Shown here piece by piece: positions 1 to 9,062 of a stretch of DNA of 64,000 bases. Source of the DNA: Candidatus Bathyarchaeia archaeon (lineage in GTDB: Archaea > Thermoproteota > Bathyarchaeia > Bathyarchaeales > Bathycorpusculaceae); the NCBI GenBank assembly GCA_049515895.1, contig JBEKTQ010000015.1, positions 1 to 64,000 of the forward strand, read 5' to 3'. The notes beneath the pieces are model-generated. The model saw only the letters and a program-made list of their open reading frames with translations. It had not been told where the DNA came from and did not search any database. Numbering within the stretch: position 1 is the first letter of the stretch; the number at the start of each line of letters is the position of its first letter. Both the position numbers and the translations under genes were made by a program.

Positions 1-325
1 GCCCATCTCCGGGCTCCCGCTCCCACGGCCCGCACCGGTAAAAGGCTTGGTGAGCCATTACCTCACCAACAACCTGATCGGTCGCGGCCCCATCCTTGGG
101 CGACGCCAAAGAGCATAACTCTGGCGCCTTTTAAGTGAAGACTCATTCCAGAGTTCTTCGCCTATTGGGAATTAGCCCCAGTTTCCCGGGGGTATTCCTA
201 TCCCGAGGGCAGGTTAGCCACGTGTTACTGAGCTGTGCGCCGTGCCTCGTGTTGGCTGAAGCACGCGACTAGCATGTCTTAGTCCTATCCCGATAGCAGT
301 GGGGTCCGGCAGGATCAACCGGAGT
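1..325 (-). rRNA. rrs: 16S rRNA, 5' portion (continues off the left edge)
   Basis: Reverse complement starts ACTCCGGTTGATCCTGCCGGACCCCACTGCTATCGGG, the archaeal 16S 5' signature of TACK type. Confidence 0.97.
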
Positions 326-617
326 TGTGACACTCCGTTTTGATTTCTGCGGATCTTGTTGTTTTTTGTGTGGTACGAATATTTTCGCATTCTTGTGCCT
401 AACTGGATTTGGAGGGAAAAACATTCCACTCATATACGTCAAAGCCCAATTCAGACCTAACTGAGCAATTAGTCAGGTCTACATACATGTCCCCGCAACT
501 GGAGGCCAACTCCATCATCCCTGCAAGGCAATCGCCGTTTCGGTACGGGTTGAGCCGCCGCCATGTGAAAATTGCGGGGTTAGCAATTATAGCTGAATTC
601 TATCAGAAGCGCCTTTA

Positions 618-634
618 TCCGATATAAACATTTC
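618..634 (-). promoter_or_regulatory. Putative rRNA operon promoter (BRE/TATA)
   Basis: Minus strand GAAATGTTTATATCGGA, about 300 bp upstream of 16S and ahead of a structured leader (hairpin AGACCTGACT...AGTTAGGTCT at about 453-480). Confidence 0.5.
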
Positions 635-1140
635 TTTAACATTGAGATAAACATTATCCCGTTAAGGGATCGCCGTTTTGCCGTACTGCATTCAACGGTT
701 TCTGTCTATTTTTTCTGTAGGCACAGTGCAAAAAGCGAAAAAACGTATGCTGCGACTTGGAATTAGGGGTGTCATGTTTCGGTTCTTGGCGTCGACCTTT
801 GAGAAAGTTTTGTTTGTGGCGGTTCAGGTTTGTCCTGTTCCGTGGCTCCATTTGCCTTTACAAAATGTAGTGTAGTCGCAGGTGACGCAGGGGACTTTTA
901 CCCCGAGCTCGCAATGATCAGTAACTTCTATCTCGCTCGTCTTAACTCCTTCTCCGCAACATTGGAATCATGAGTAGTAATATAAGCGGAGTTTCAAAAC
1001 GCAGAACATATCGAAAACCGTAATACCTTTCCCAGCCGCATTAGGCTGGCGTGTGGTTTTACGTGCAGGAAATCCGGCAAATTTTGTTCTTTGTGGATTG
1101 GGTTGGTTTCTTGGTTTGGGGCTTGAGGCGTTTGCAGGTT

Positions 1141-1230
1141 GCGACCCACAACGACCCTACGCGACCCACTGCGACTCCGAACGACTCTAAACGACCCAAT
1201 CCGACTCGGATAGACCCTTAACGACTGAGA
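1141..1230. repeat. Degenerate 10-bp tandem array 1 (9 units, core CGAC)
   Basis: gcgacccaca/acgaccctac/gcgacccact/gcgactccga/acgactctaa/acgacccaat/ccgactcgga/tagaccctta/acgactgaga. Confidence 0.9.
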
Positions 1231-1310
1231 AAATTTACCTTGGAAAAACGACAAAACTTGTACAGCTCTTTTTGGGTTGCTTTGATTGGTCAGAGCTTGA
1301 AGCTTCTGCA

Positions 1311-1410
1311 GGTCACGTTTTTTCCGTTCTTTTCCCGTTTTCTCCCGTTCCATCGCGTTTTTTCCCGTTCTTTCGCGTTCATTAGCGTTTACCAGCGTTC
1401 ATGACGGTTG
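1311..1410. repeat. Degenerate 10-bp tandem array 2 (about 10 units, core CGTT)
   Basis: ggtcacgttt/tttccgttct/tttcccgttt/tctcccgttc/catcgcgttt/tttcccgttc/tttcgcgttc/attagcgttt/accagcgttc/atgacggttg. Confidence 0.9.
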
Positions 1411-1491
1411 ACTTTAACCGGTCAGCATGCCGCTAACTGAAAAAGTCAACGAGACTAAGATTAACCATGCGCAGAACTTGTGAAAACCAAA

Positions 1492-2124
1492 CTAGCCCAA
1501 GGCACATTGTCCCAGAAGCACTCGGAAACCGCTTCCCCGAGCAAGAACTTTGACGTTTCCAAAAGTCTCTTCAAAAGCAGCGGGCAAAGTCTTAGCGCCA
1601 ATTTTGGAGCGAATAACCATTTGGAAAGTTCCCTTGTTCGCCAGCATATGAGGCGCACCTTTCACGATGGCCTTCACCGTCTCCATACCTGCGCTGACGG
1701 GCGGGTTAGATAAAACACAGTTGAACGTTTGCCGTTCCACAGGCGCATAGAATTGTCCGTGACGCACCTCGGCGTTCCAAATTTTGTTCAACTCCATGTT
1801 TTTTCTTGCCAGGCGAACAGCCCGAATATTGACGTCTGTCATTACAACGTGAAGTTTCGGGTTGATTGCTGCAGCAACGATGCCGACTGGGCCGTAACCG
1901 CAGCCGATGTCAAGAACGCATCCCTCCTGCGGCAGCAACATCGATTCAATAAGCAGCCTTGTGCCCAAGTCAATGCGCCGCTTCGAAAAAACGCTTGAAG
2001 CGGTTAGAAACTCGAAGTTTCTTCCACAGAGAAATGTTCGAACAAGCCCGAATCGTTCCTCAGACTTGGGGACGCCTGAAAAATAATGATCCGCGCTATC
2101 AGTGCTGCGGTTGTTCAGGTTCAT
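1492..2124 (-). CDS. Class I SAM methyltransferase, RsmC/MJ0882-like
   Basis: VFSKRRIDLGTRLL, VLDIGCGYG and SNPP motifs. Confidence 0.88.
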   Translation of the reverse strand: MNLNNRSTDSADHYFSGVPKSEERFGLVRTFLCGRNFEFLTASSVFSKRRIDLGTRLLIESMLLPQEGCVLDIGCGYGPVGIVAAAINPKLHVVMTDVNIRAVRLARKNMELNKIWNAEVRHGQFYAPVERQTFNCVLSNPPVSAGMETVKAIVKGAPHMLANKGTFQMVIRSKIGAKTLPAAFEETFGNVKVLARGSGFRVLLGQCALG

Positions 2125-3130
2125 GCTTCGACCCTGTCTTCCAAACCTTCGGGTAAGTACCCCGCTCCATCAACACACGCTCTAGCCCGACAACGGCGCC
2201 ATGCTTCAAATCCATCATCTCTTCCGCTGACATAAGCGCTTTACCTAACGCCACCGCTTCGCCCTTCAAAGTGAAAACCGCCAAAATCGAACCCTTCTTG
2301 ATCCCCGCCTCAAGCTGCAACACGCCAGGGGCAGTCAAATTGGCTCCGTGACACAAGGCGTCTACTGCGGAATCTCGAACAACGACATTAGGCAGCAAGG
2401 AAAGCGCCTCCTCCATAGGAACTATAAACTTATGCAAGATCGTTTCATCCTTCAGTCTTTCCCACTCGCCAAACCAATATGCGACGTCATGCAAAGTTAC
2501 CTTCGAAGCGCTGTTCTCAGTGAACGGTCCAGAACGGGTTCTTCGGAGTTCCTGCATGTGCGCGCCCACACCGAGGATTTCGCCGATGTCAAAGCATAGC
2601 TTGCGAATGTAAGTTCCCGCCTCGCAGCCGACGATGAAGAGCACGTTGCGCCCGTTAGTTTCTAAGTAGTCAATGTAGTAGATGCGTCTTGTTCGAAGCT
2701 GCCGTTTAACTGAAGAGCGCAGCGGCGGGCGCTGGTAAATTTCGTCTTCGAATTCTCCTAGAACCTGTTTGATTTGTGCCTCCTCGGCATCGGCGTGGAG
2801 CTTCATTACACAGACGTATTCTTTGCCGCTGTAGAGAAATGCTTGAACAACCTTTGTTGCATCCTCCAAGGTTATGGGTAAAACTCCGGTTACTTTGGGG
2901 TCAAGCGTGCCTCCGTGCCCGATGCAGTTTAGTTTCATGATTTTTTTTATCCACGCTGCAACTTCGTGGCTTGTGGGACCGGCAGGCTTGTCGAGGTTAA
3001 TCGCACCGTACTTAATGTATTGTTCAGCTGGTCTCTGCGAAGGATTATGCCCATATTTGGGGTTGGTATTGTCCCGTGCCTTCGTTAATAGTTCTCGTTT
3101 GATCTCCCACGGCGGCGTAGTTCTAGGCAT
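2099..3130 (-). CDS. cbf5: H/ACA RNA-guided pseudouridine synthase Cbf5 (TruB family, PUA domain)
   Basis: LDKPAGPTSHEV, GHGGTLDP and GTYIRKLC motifs, C-terminal PUA domain. Confidence 0.97.
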   Translation of the reverse strand: MPRTTPPWEIKRELLTKARDNTNPKYGHNPSQRPAEQYIKYGAINLDKPAGPTSHEVAAWIKKIMKLNCIGHGGTLDPKVTGVLPITLEDATKVVQAFLYSGKEYVCVMKLHADAEEAQIKQVLGEFEDEIYQRPPLRSSVKRQLRTRRIYYIDYLETNGRNVLFIVGCEAGTYIRKLCFDIGEILGVGAHMQELRRTRSGPFTENSASKVTLHDVAYWFGEWERLKDETILHKFIVPMEEALSLLPNVVVRDSAVDALCHGANLTAPGVLQLEAGIKKGSILAVFTLKGEAVALGKALMSAEEMMDLKHGAVVGLERVLMERGTYPKVWKTGSKHEPEQPQH

Positions 3131-3189
3131 AAAGTATTCAATCCTAAACTGTTGATAAGAAAAAGAAACATGAGATATTAAAGTTTAAA

Positions 3190-3468
3190 CTATGCAACTT
3201 TAACGGTCTGCGTCATTTCTTGCAGTTTGCCTGCAGCCTCTAAAACTTGAGCAACTTCATCGTCTGACGCGCCACGTTTAACCTCGATCTTTTCTTGCAG
3301 GGGCATAAGGTGGTTTATGTTTACCCGTCGCCGCTTAACGCCAGTAACCTTCTTTGGTCCGGTGACTAAAACGAAGCTTTTGTCCATGACATCGATAACA
3401 ACACATTTCTTGCCGTTCTCCCGACCGGCTTGCTTTACGCATATTCTTCCAACTTCTATGGCGGGCAT
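3190..3468 (-). CDS. rpl14e: 50S ribosomal protein L14e
   Basis: [26 protein letters not shown]...GVKRRRVN; usual position next to cbf5. Confidence 0.96.
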   Translation of the reverse strand: MPAIEVGRICVKQAGRENGKKCVVIDVMDKSFVLVTGPKKVTGVKRRRVNINHLMPLQEKIEVKRGASDDEVAQVLEAAGKLQEMTQTVKVA

Positions 3469-3683
3469 CTAAGTTTCATCTCCTCAAGTGACAAAGATAC
3501 AACAGTCGGCACATATAAGCGTAACATAAATTCGAGTGCCAAATGCGAAAAATGTCAAAACAATATTTTCTTGACTATGGAATATCGTTGTGTGGCCACC
3601 TAAAGTTGCAAAAAAGAAAAAACTGCCGCTCCAAGGTATGCAAAAAACTTAAACAAGACAGTGTTGACAGTATCGATGCTGGT

Positions 3684-3802
3684 GCCGGGGTATCCGAGCC
3701 AGGTCTAAATAGGCGGCCAGATAATTTGATTGCCTAAGATATGGAGGAGGACTTAAGATCCTCTGGCGCAGGCCTTCGTGGGTTCAAGTCCCACCCCCGG
3801 CA
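3684..3802 (+). tRNA. tRNA-Leu(TAA) with 34-nt D-loop intron (3709-3742)
   Basis: Acceptor stem GCCGGGG/CCCCGGC-A, anticodon loop CTTAAGA (3752-3758), long variable arm, GGTTCAAGTCC T-arm. Removing the BHB intron restores ...CCAGGTCTAAGGAGGAGG... Confidence 0.93.
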
Positions 3803-4173
3803 CTAGAAAGCAACCCCCAGAAGTGAAGCAGACAGTATCTTTAGCTGTTTGGCTAGTAAACAAAAAGGAAACTGGAAAAGCAAATCCAAAATGGTTCATT
3901 GTAAAGAAGTTTGTTTAACTGCTCAGCTGGTGATTCTGTATTCAGCTCTGCTGTGAGGAACATACGAACTTTCTTGTAAAGAAAATAAGTTGCTGCACAA
4001 GAAACGGTTTGAAACGGAGAAAGAAAAAGTCACCGCGAAATCCTTCGGTGATTGACTATCGAAACTCAGCGCATTGAAGGATTATCAACTTTCCCAAAGA
4101 AGAGGTTGATAAAATCTTGACTGGTTAAGTGTTTTTTTCATGGAATTATTTAGTGTTTAGATAGTTAGCAAAA

Positions 4174-4221
4174 GAGGGATGTGTTCCCTCTTGGTTGGGA
4201 GGAAAACATCCTCCGTTTTTT
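4174..4221 (+). terminator. Imperfect hairpin followed by T-run
   Basis: GAGGGATGTGTTCCCTC-ttggttgg-GAGGAAAACATCCTC followed by cgtttttt. Confidence 0.35.
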
Positions 4222-4449
4222 AGTCAGGAGCTTTCCTTACTCCTCAAGAAAACATTTCTAATCAACGCTTAAAAACCATATTTCATTATCAAGAATATAT
4301 CCAGGGACTCCCCGGCAGAGATAAAGCCTTAGTTCAACCCAACGTGTGTAACAGAATTAAATCTGACGCCTTGGATGGCGCTTGAAGCCTCCACCAAATC
4401 ATCTTTCTGCAACAATCACAAGGTCGGTCTTGTTAAGTCTGGTATATTT

Positions 4450-4686
4450 TCATTTCTTCAGTTTTCGCAGAGTATAACGTCCTTTTGTGGTTCTTGAGAG
4501 CTCCCAAATCTTGTTTTCGCCATCAATAAAAGCAATACACTCGCCCTTTCCTAAGTTAATAATAAGCATTCTATCGTTGTCGTATAGTTCCTTCTTTGAA
4601 CCTTCAACGCCTAGCAGAGCTTTGAATGCTATTCCAGCTTTACCTTCAAGGTCTTTAAGTCTAACAGGCGCTTTTATTTCAACCAT
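4450..4686 (-). CDS. Hypothetical small protein
   Basis: 78-aa ATG ORF with protein-like composition and an AT-rich TATA-like upstream region; no family recognised. Confidence 0.55.
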   Translation of the reverse strand: MVEIKAPVRLKDLEGKAGIAFKALLGVEGSKKELYDNDRMLIINLGKGECIAFIDGENKIWELSRTTKGRYTLRKLKK

Positions 4687-4900
4687 GAAAAGTCAAATCC
4701 ACTAGAGTTGATTAGGCTAAAATGCTTAAAAAAACAATTGCTAAAACTACTCTTCAGCATAGTGGAGGCATTACTGAAAGTGAACATAACTTCCGTAGTA
4801 ACAATTAGGTAGACTTTAGTTGAAAGAATTCAATGGATTGATGCTATCGACCGTTCGATAAAAAAGGTGAAAATGCGGCTGATACATCTAATGAGGGAGC

Positions 4901-4924
4901 GTTCAAGTCCCGCCCCCGACACCA
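4901..4924 (+). repeat. Degenerate copy of tRNA-Leu 3' end (att-like remnant)
   Basis: gttcaagtcccgcccccgacacca versus gttcaagtcccacccccggcacta at 3782-3805; 21/24 identical. Confidence 0.75.
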
Positions 4925-5089
4925 CTATGGGAAAACTCTCGTGTTGTCCTGGCAATGTTCTTTGTTAATTCCAATTTGCTTAGTTCTTATCATAAGATGG
5001 AATCTTGCCTGCGCTGAATAACCGACCGATAAATCAAATTTATTAAGGTATTTAGCCTTAACAAATTGGGATAGGTTGCTCAGATTTTA

Positions 5090-5590
5090 ATGGTTGAAAG
5101 CCAATTAGAAAAAAAGCAAGGAACCAGTTTTTTAGCTCTTACAGTAATCGTTATTGTTATTCTAGTAGTTGTTATCGGCACTCTTGTCGTGTTAGTTGAT
5201 CCAAATTTTGTTTTCTCACTAGTATCAAACAGGTCCACCTACACGGCTGGGGGCTTAATTTATGAAGTAATTTATGTTGTCCTAACCCTTGTCACCGATG
5301 TCTTGTACCTCTTTGGCGGCGGCGTGATTGCTTTTGGTGCCCTTTTGGTTATTATTAGATTTGTGCAGCAGAAACTCAGGGATCCTTATCAACCGACTTC
5401 CTCAACGCGTACTTTGTCTGGGTATTTAACTTTGAGCTTAAACTTTTTCATCGGGGCAGAAATCGTTAGAACGGTGGTTGTTGGAGAGTCTGAGATTGAA
5501 CTTTTGCTTTTAGTCATCGCCAGCAGAGGTCTTTTCAGTTTGATTCTTTATTTGGAAAGAAGATGGCATGGGTCAGCTGAAACAGAATAG
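5090..5590 (+). CDS. DUF1622-like membrane protein with extra N-terminal TM segment
   Basis: LSGYLTLSLNFFIGAEIVRTV...IASRGLFSLILYLE resembles the DUF1622 pattern; several hydrophobic helices. Confidence 0.7.
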   Translation: MVESQLEKKQGTSFLALTVIVIVILVVVIGTLVVLVDPNFVFSLVSNRSTYTAGGLIYEVIYVVLTLVTDVLYLFGGGVIAFGALLVIIRFVQQKLRDPYQPTSSTRTLSGYLTLSLNFFIGAEIVRTVVVGESEIELLLLVIASRGLFSLILYLERRWHGSAETE

Positions 5591-5725
5591 CATTTCTCTC
5601 CATTTTTGAATGGAATTTTGCGGTTCATTTCAATGTGTACTATTCTTTTTGATGTTTACTACTACACACTTTTGTAAGATAAAATTAATGGCTGTTGCAA
5701 GCCTATCACCTAATCGAGGGAGAAG

Positions 5726-6229
5726 ATGGAAAGAAACGAAGAAAAACTAAAAGAGGCAACAAATCTTTTTTCAGGACCTAATCCAACAATAATCAATGAA
5801 TGCCACGGGTTAACGGTACTTGCGGACTCATTCCTGAGGCAATTATTCTACAATTTTATTGACAACACAAAAAAATACGGTAAAAAAGCAACAACAATAA
5901 GAGTACACTTCGAAGACTCCAATCAAGGCAGCTTAAAGTTGATTTATGAGGATAACGGCGTTGGCGTGCCCTACGAGAATAAATCGCATTTATTCAAGGG
6001 AAGGTTTCAGCACAAGCGGCAGCACCGTTTTGGACTTTTCTTCATTAAAAAAATGATTGATGTTTATGACTGGACGATTGAAGAGAATGGCGAATCCGGC
6101 AAAGGAGCCAAATTCGACATAACTATCCCAAAACTGAACAAAAAAGGAGAAGAAAACTACCAAATATGCAAAAACTCGGCACAAGCAATATTGGTTACCG
6201 GTTCCACACAAGAGGTTCTTGCGCAATAA
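5726..6229 (+). pseudogene. Histidine kinase HATPase fragment with compensating frameshifts
   Basis: N box (QLFYNFIDNTKKY) and G1 box (EDNGVGV) present, F/G2 region scrambled; no H-box or sensor domain. Confidence 0.75.
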
Positions 6230-6383
6230 TCCTATTTAACACAAGACAATTCGATTATGAATTTTGTTCTCTTCCCAACCCTGCTTTCAAAGCCACGGTT
6301 CACCCATACTTTCTGTGAACTTCTGAATCGGCTAAGCCAAAGCCGAGATCCGAAAATGACTCTATTGAAGATCCGTTTTCCAT

Positions 6384-9062
6384 TTATTTCTTTGGGGGCA
6401 AACGTACAATGAAGGTTGTTCCTTTACCCTCTTGGCTATCAAAGGTAACGGTGCCTCCTAACGATTCAGTCATGCGCTTAATGACAGGCAATCCGAAGCC
6501 TTGTCCTTTCGATTTTGTTGTGAACATTGGTGTGAACAATTTGTCTTTTACGTTTTCAGGAATCCCTACGCCAGTATCCTTGACTGTTATGAGGACATCG
6601 TTTGCTTCTTTGTAAGCATGAATAGTTAGTTTTCCACCTTTGGGCATAGCTTGAACCGCATTAGTTACCAAATTGTACAATATGCGGTTAATGAAAGTGG
6701 AGTCAGCCAAAACTTTCCCTGCATCATTTTCAACTTTAACGGTTGCTTTAATGTTACGTGGCAGACCGTTCTTTTTCAACAAATCACCAATTATGCGTTT
6801 TAAGTCTGTTTCTTCTACAATTGGTTTAAGCGGTCTAGCAAAATCTTGCAAGTCAGCAACAATCTTGTTAATATAGTCAACGTTTTTTTCAATTTCCTGC
6901 AAACTTTCTAACGCGCTATTTTTCTCCTCACTCTCCGGCAGCGAAGTCAAATCTGTCTTAGCTAAAAAGACATCACCAGTTATAGCCTGCAATGGATTAC
7001 GAATATCGTGACCAACCATACCTGCAGTGGCACCTATAGTAGCTAAACGCTCGGCATCCTTCAATTGAGCAGCTCTTGTGCTTGCAAGCTCCTCCATTTG
7101 ATTGGCATATTCTTCAACTCGAACAGCAGACTCTTCAAGCTTAACTTGTAGCTCTATTCGATCAGTAATATCCACATTCGACTCCAACATTTCAACAATT
7201 TTGCCGTCACCGCCAAATTTGCCCAACCAATAACTCTGCACAACCACTTTTTCGCCATTTTTACACGTATGAACAACTTCACCTGACCATTTCCCTTCAA
7301 GCTCAAGCTTGTTTAGGATCTCCCCAAGTGGTTGCGGAAATTCCGTCTTCAACAGGCCATTGATGTTTTGTCCAAATGCTTCATTTTTGGTCAAACCATA
7401 CATTTTTTCCGCACCCTTGCTCCAGAAAGTAATTGTGCCGTCCAGTTTCCTAACGATGATAGCATCTGGACTGAGATCGATAAGTGCAGCTTGCCTTGCT
7501 AGAGCTTCCTCTGCTTCCTTGCGCTCGGTAATGTCTTCAAATATGGCTGCAAAGTAGCCTTTCTTTGGGCAGTACACAGAAACAGATAGCCACATGCTTA
7601 ATGGCTTGAAAAATATTTCGAACTTTTCTTTCTTGCAGGTAAGGGAAACTCTCCCGTAAATTTCAAACAGTTCCGGATTAGCTCTTTCAGTTCCTGGTAT
7701 TGCTTCAGTGACTTTCTTACCCACGATTGTCTCTCGCTTCAGTCCCGTTATTCTTTCGAAGGAATCATTGATCTGCAGATAAACAAAGTCTATAGGCTTA
7801 TTATTTTCATCGAATATCATTTTGCAGTAAGCAAAACCATCAATCATGTTGACGAACAAAGAACTGTATTCTTCCTCACTTTTCCTTAATGCGTCTTCAG
7901 CTTTCTTGCGCTCAGTAATATCTCGGAAAATGAGCACAACACCCGTAGTTTTGCCGTCTTTATCTTTTATAGGTGCTCCACTGTCGTCTATTGCAACCTC
8001 TGTCTTGTTCTTCCTAATCAGTACTGTATGGTTAGCTAAACCGCAAATCATACCCCGCTCAAGTACTTTGCTAACTGGGTCTTCAACCTCGAGGTGTGTC
8101 TGCTCATTAACGATGTTGAAAACTTCTTTCACTTGTTTAAGTGAAGCCTCGCCCAATGCCCAACCCGTCAACTCTTCAGCTTCGCCATTCATGAAAATGA
8201 TTTTGCCAGATGTATCAGTGGCTATGACAGCGTCACCGATGCTTGCCAAAGTGGTCGCCCAACGCTGCTCACTTTCTCGCAGAGAAGCTTGCGCCTGTTC
8301 CAGGTCAATTTTGGAAGCAGTTACATTCTTGAGGTTAGCCGTCATCTGGTTGAATGCCATAGATATTTCCCCGATTTCATCTTTCTCATCAGCTTTCAAT
8401 GAATAATCAAGATTACCTAAGCCAATAACTCCTATTCCGTCTTGCAATTCAGAAATTGACTTCAAAGTGCTGCGGTAAGTAATAATGTAGTTTGTGATGA
8501 AGAAAGCACCAAATAGTCCTAATAAAGCAACAATAAGAATGACATCGTTGAAGTTTGATTGGTCAACTTGGCCACGCAGATTCTGTGATAACTGTTGTGT
8601 GTCAAAGGAGAGGGCTTGGTTTTGAACAATCAATCGACTCCATTCTGTTTGAAACTGCGGGAGCACACGCACACTTTCATTCCGAGGAGCGTTTTCCAGA
8701 AAAGATGTTACGCCGCTGAATACGTCTTTCAAGTTTTGCAAGTCGCCGTTGACGTTGTTTACTAGCGCCATCTGCTGTGGGCTGGTAGAATTTAGTTTTG
8801 CTAAGTCAGTTGAAAGTGCTGAAAGCTGTGTTTGCCATAAACTAATATCAGCGCTATTCTGATAGAGGAAATAATCGTTTGAAATATAGTTAAGATCACT
8901 AGCTCTATTTTGAACATCCCATGTAATGCCTTCTTGACTATTTAATTGAGATGTCTGCACCTCCGTTATAATCACTGAAGCGACAATAATAGATAGGATA
9001 ATGCTGAAGATTACTATGCTTATCAGGAATTGAGTCTTAATTTTCATCCATCGCCGCCTCAA
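6384..9062 (-). CDS. Membrane sensor histidine kinase (2 TM, HAMP, 3 PAS, HisKA, HATPase)
   Basis: DEIGEISMAFNQM (HAMP), three PAS/PAC units ending DITER/DITDR, GHDIRNPL H-box, DTGVGI and GQGFGL. Confidence 0.95.
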   Translation of the reverse strand: MRRRWMKIKTQFLISIVIFSIILSIIVASVIITEVQTSQLNSQEGITWDVQNRASDLNYISNDYFLYQNSADISLWQTQLSALSTDLAKLNSTSPQQMALVNNVNGDLQNLKDVFSGVTSFLENAPRNESVRVLPQFQTEWSRLIVQNQALSFDTQQLSQNLRGQVDQSNFNDVILIVALLGLFGAFFITNYIITYRSTLKSISELQDGIGVIGLGNLDYSLKADEKDEIGEISMAFNQMTANLKNVTASKIDLEQAQASLRESEQRWATTLASIGDAVIATDTSGKIIFMNGEAEELTGWALGEASLKQVKEVFNIVNEQTHLEVEDPVSKVLERGMICGLANHTVLIRKNKTEVAIDDSGAPIKDKDGKTTGVVLIFRDITERKKAEDALRKSEEEYSSLFVNMIDGFAYCKMIFDENNKPIDFVYLQINDSFERITGLKRETIVGKKVTEAIPGTERANPELFEIYGRVSLTCKKEKFEIFFKPLSMWLSVSVYCPKKGYFAAIFEDITERKEAEEALARQAALIDLSPDAIIVRKLDGTITFWSKGAEKMYGLTKNEAFGQNINGLLKTEFPQPLGEILNKLELEGKWSGEVVHTCKNGEKVVVQSYWLGKFGGDGKIVEMLESNVDITDRIELQVKLEESAVRVEEYANQMEELASTRAAQLKDAERLATIGATAGMVGHDIRNPLQAITGDVFLAKTDLTSLPESEEKNSALESLQEIEKNVDYINKIVADLQDFARPLKPIVEETDLKRIIGDLLKKNGLPRNIKATVKVENDAGKVLADSTFINRILYNLVTNAVQAMPKGGKLTIHAYKEANDVLITVKDTGVGIPENVKDKLFTPMFTTKSKGQGFGLPVIKRMTESLGGTVTFDSQEGKGTTFIVRLPPKK

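Noticed and set aside
214-875. Short ORFs over the 16S 5' end and leader
   Set aside because: They overlap rRNA, leader or promoter sequence and show no protein motifs.
994-1353. 119-aa minus-strand ORF
   Set aside because: It runs through the 10-bp arrays, whose period is incompatible with codons; likely spurious.
1141-1410. Possible CRISPR array
   Set aside because: Units are 10 bp with no repeat-spacer structure, and no cas genes are in the window.
3543-3737. 64-aa ORF
   Set aside because: It overlaps the tRNA-Leu gene and its promoter.
4891-4930. Second or split tRNA gene
   Set aside because: Only part of the T-arm and the acceptor 3' strand are present. I saw no matching 5' half or complementary leader, so it is treated as an att-like remnant.
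6409-8406. Antisense ORFs within the kinase (and similar ones in sucCD, prpD and rml genes)
   Set aside because: They are codon-bias shadows of well-supported genes on the opposite strand.
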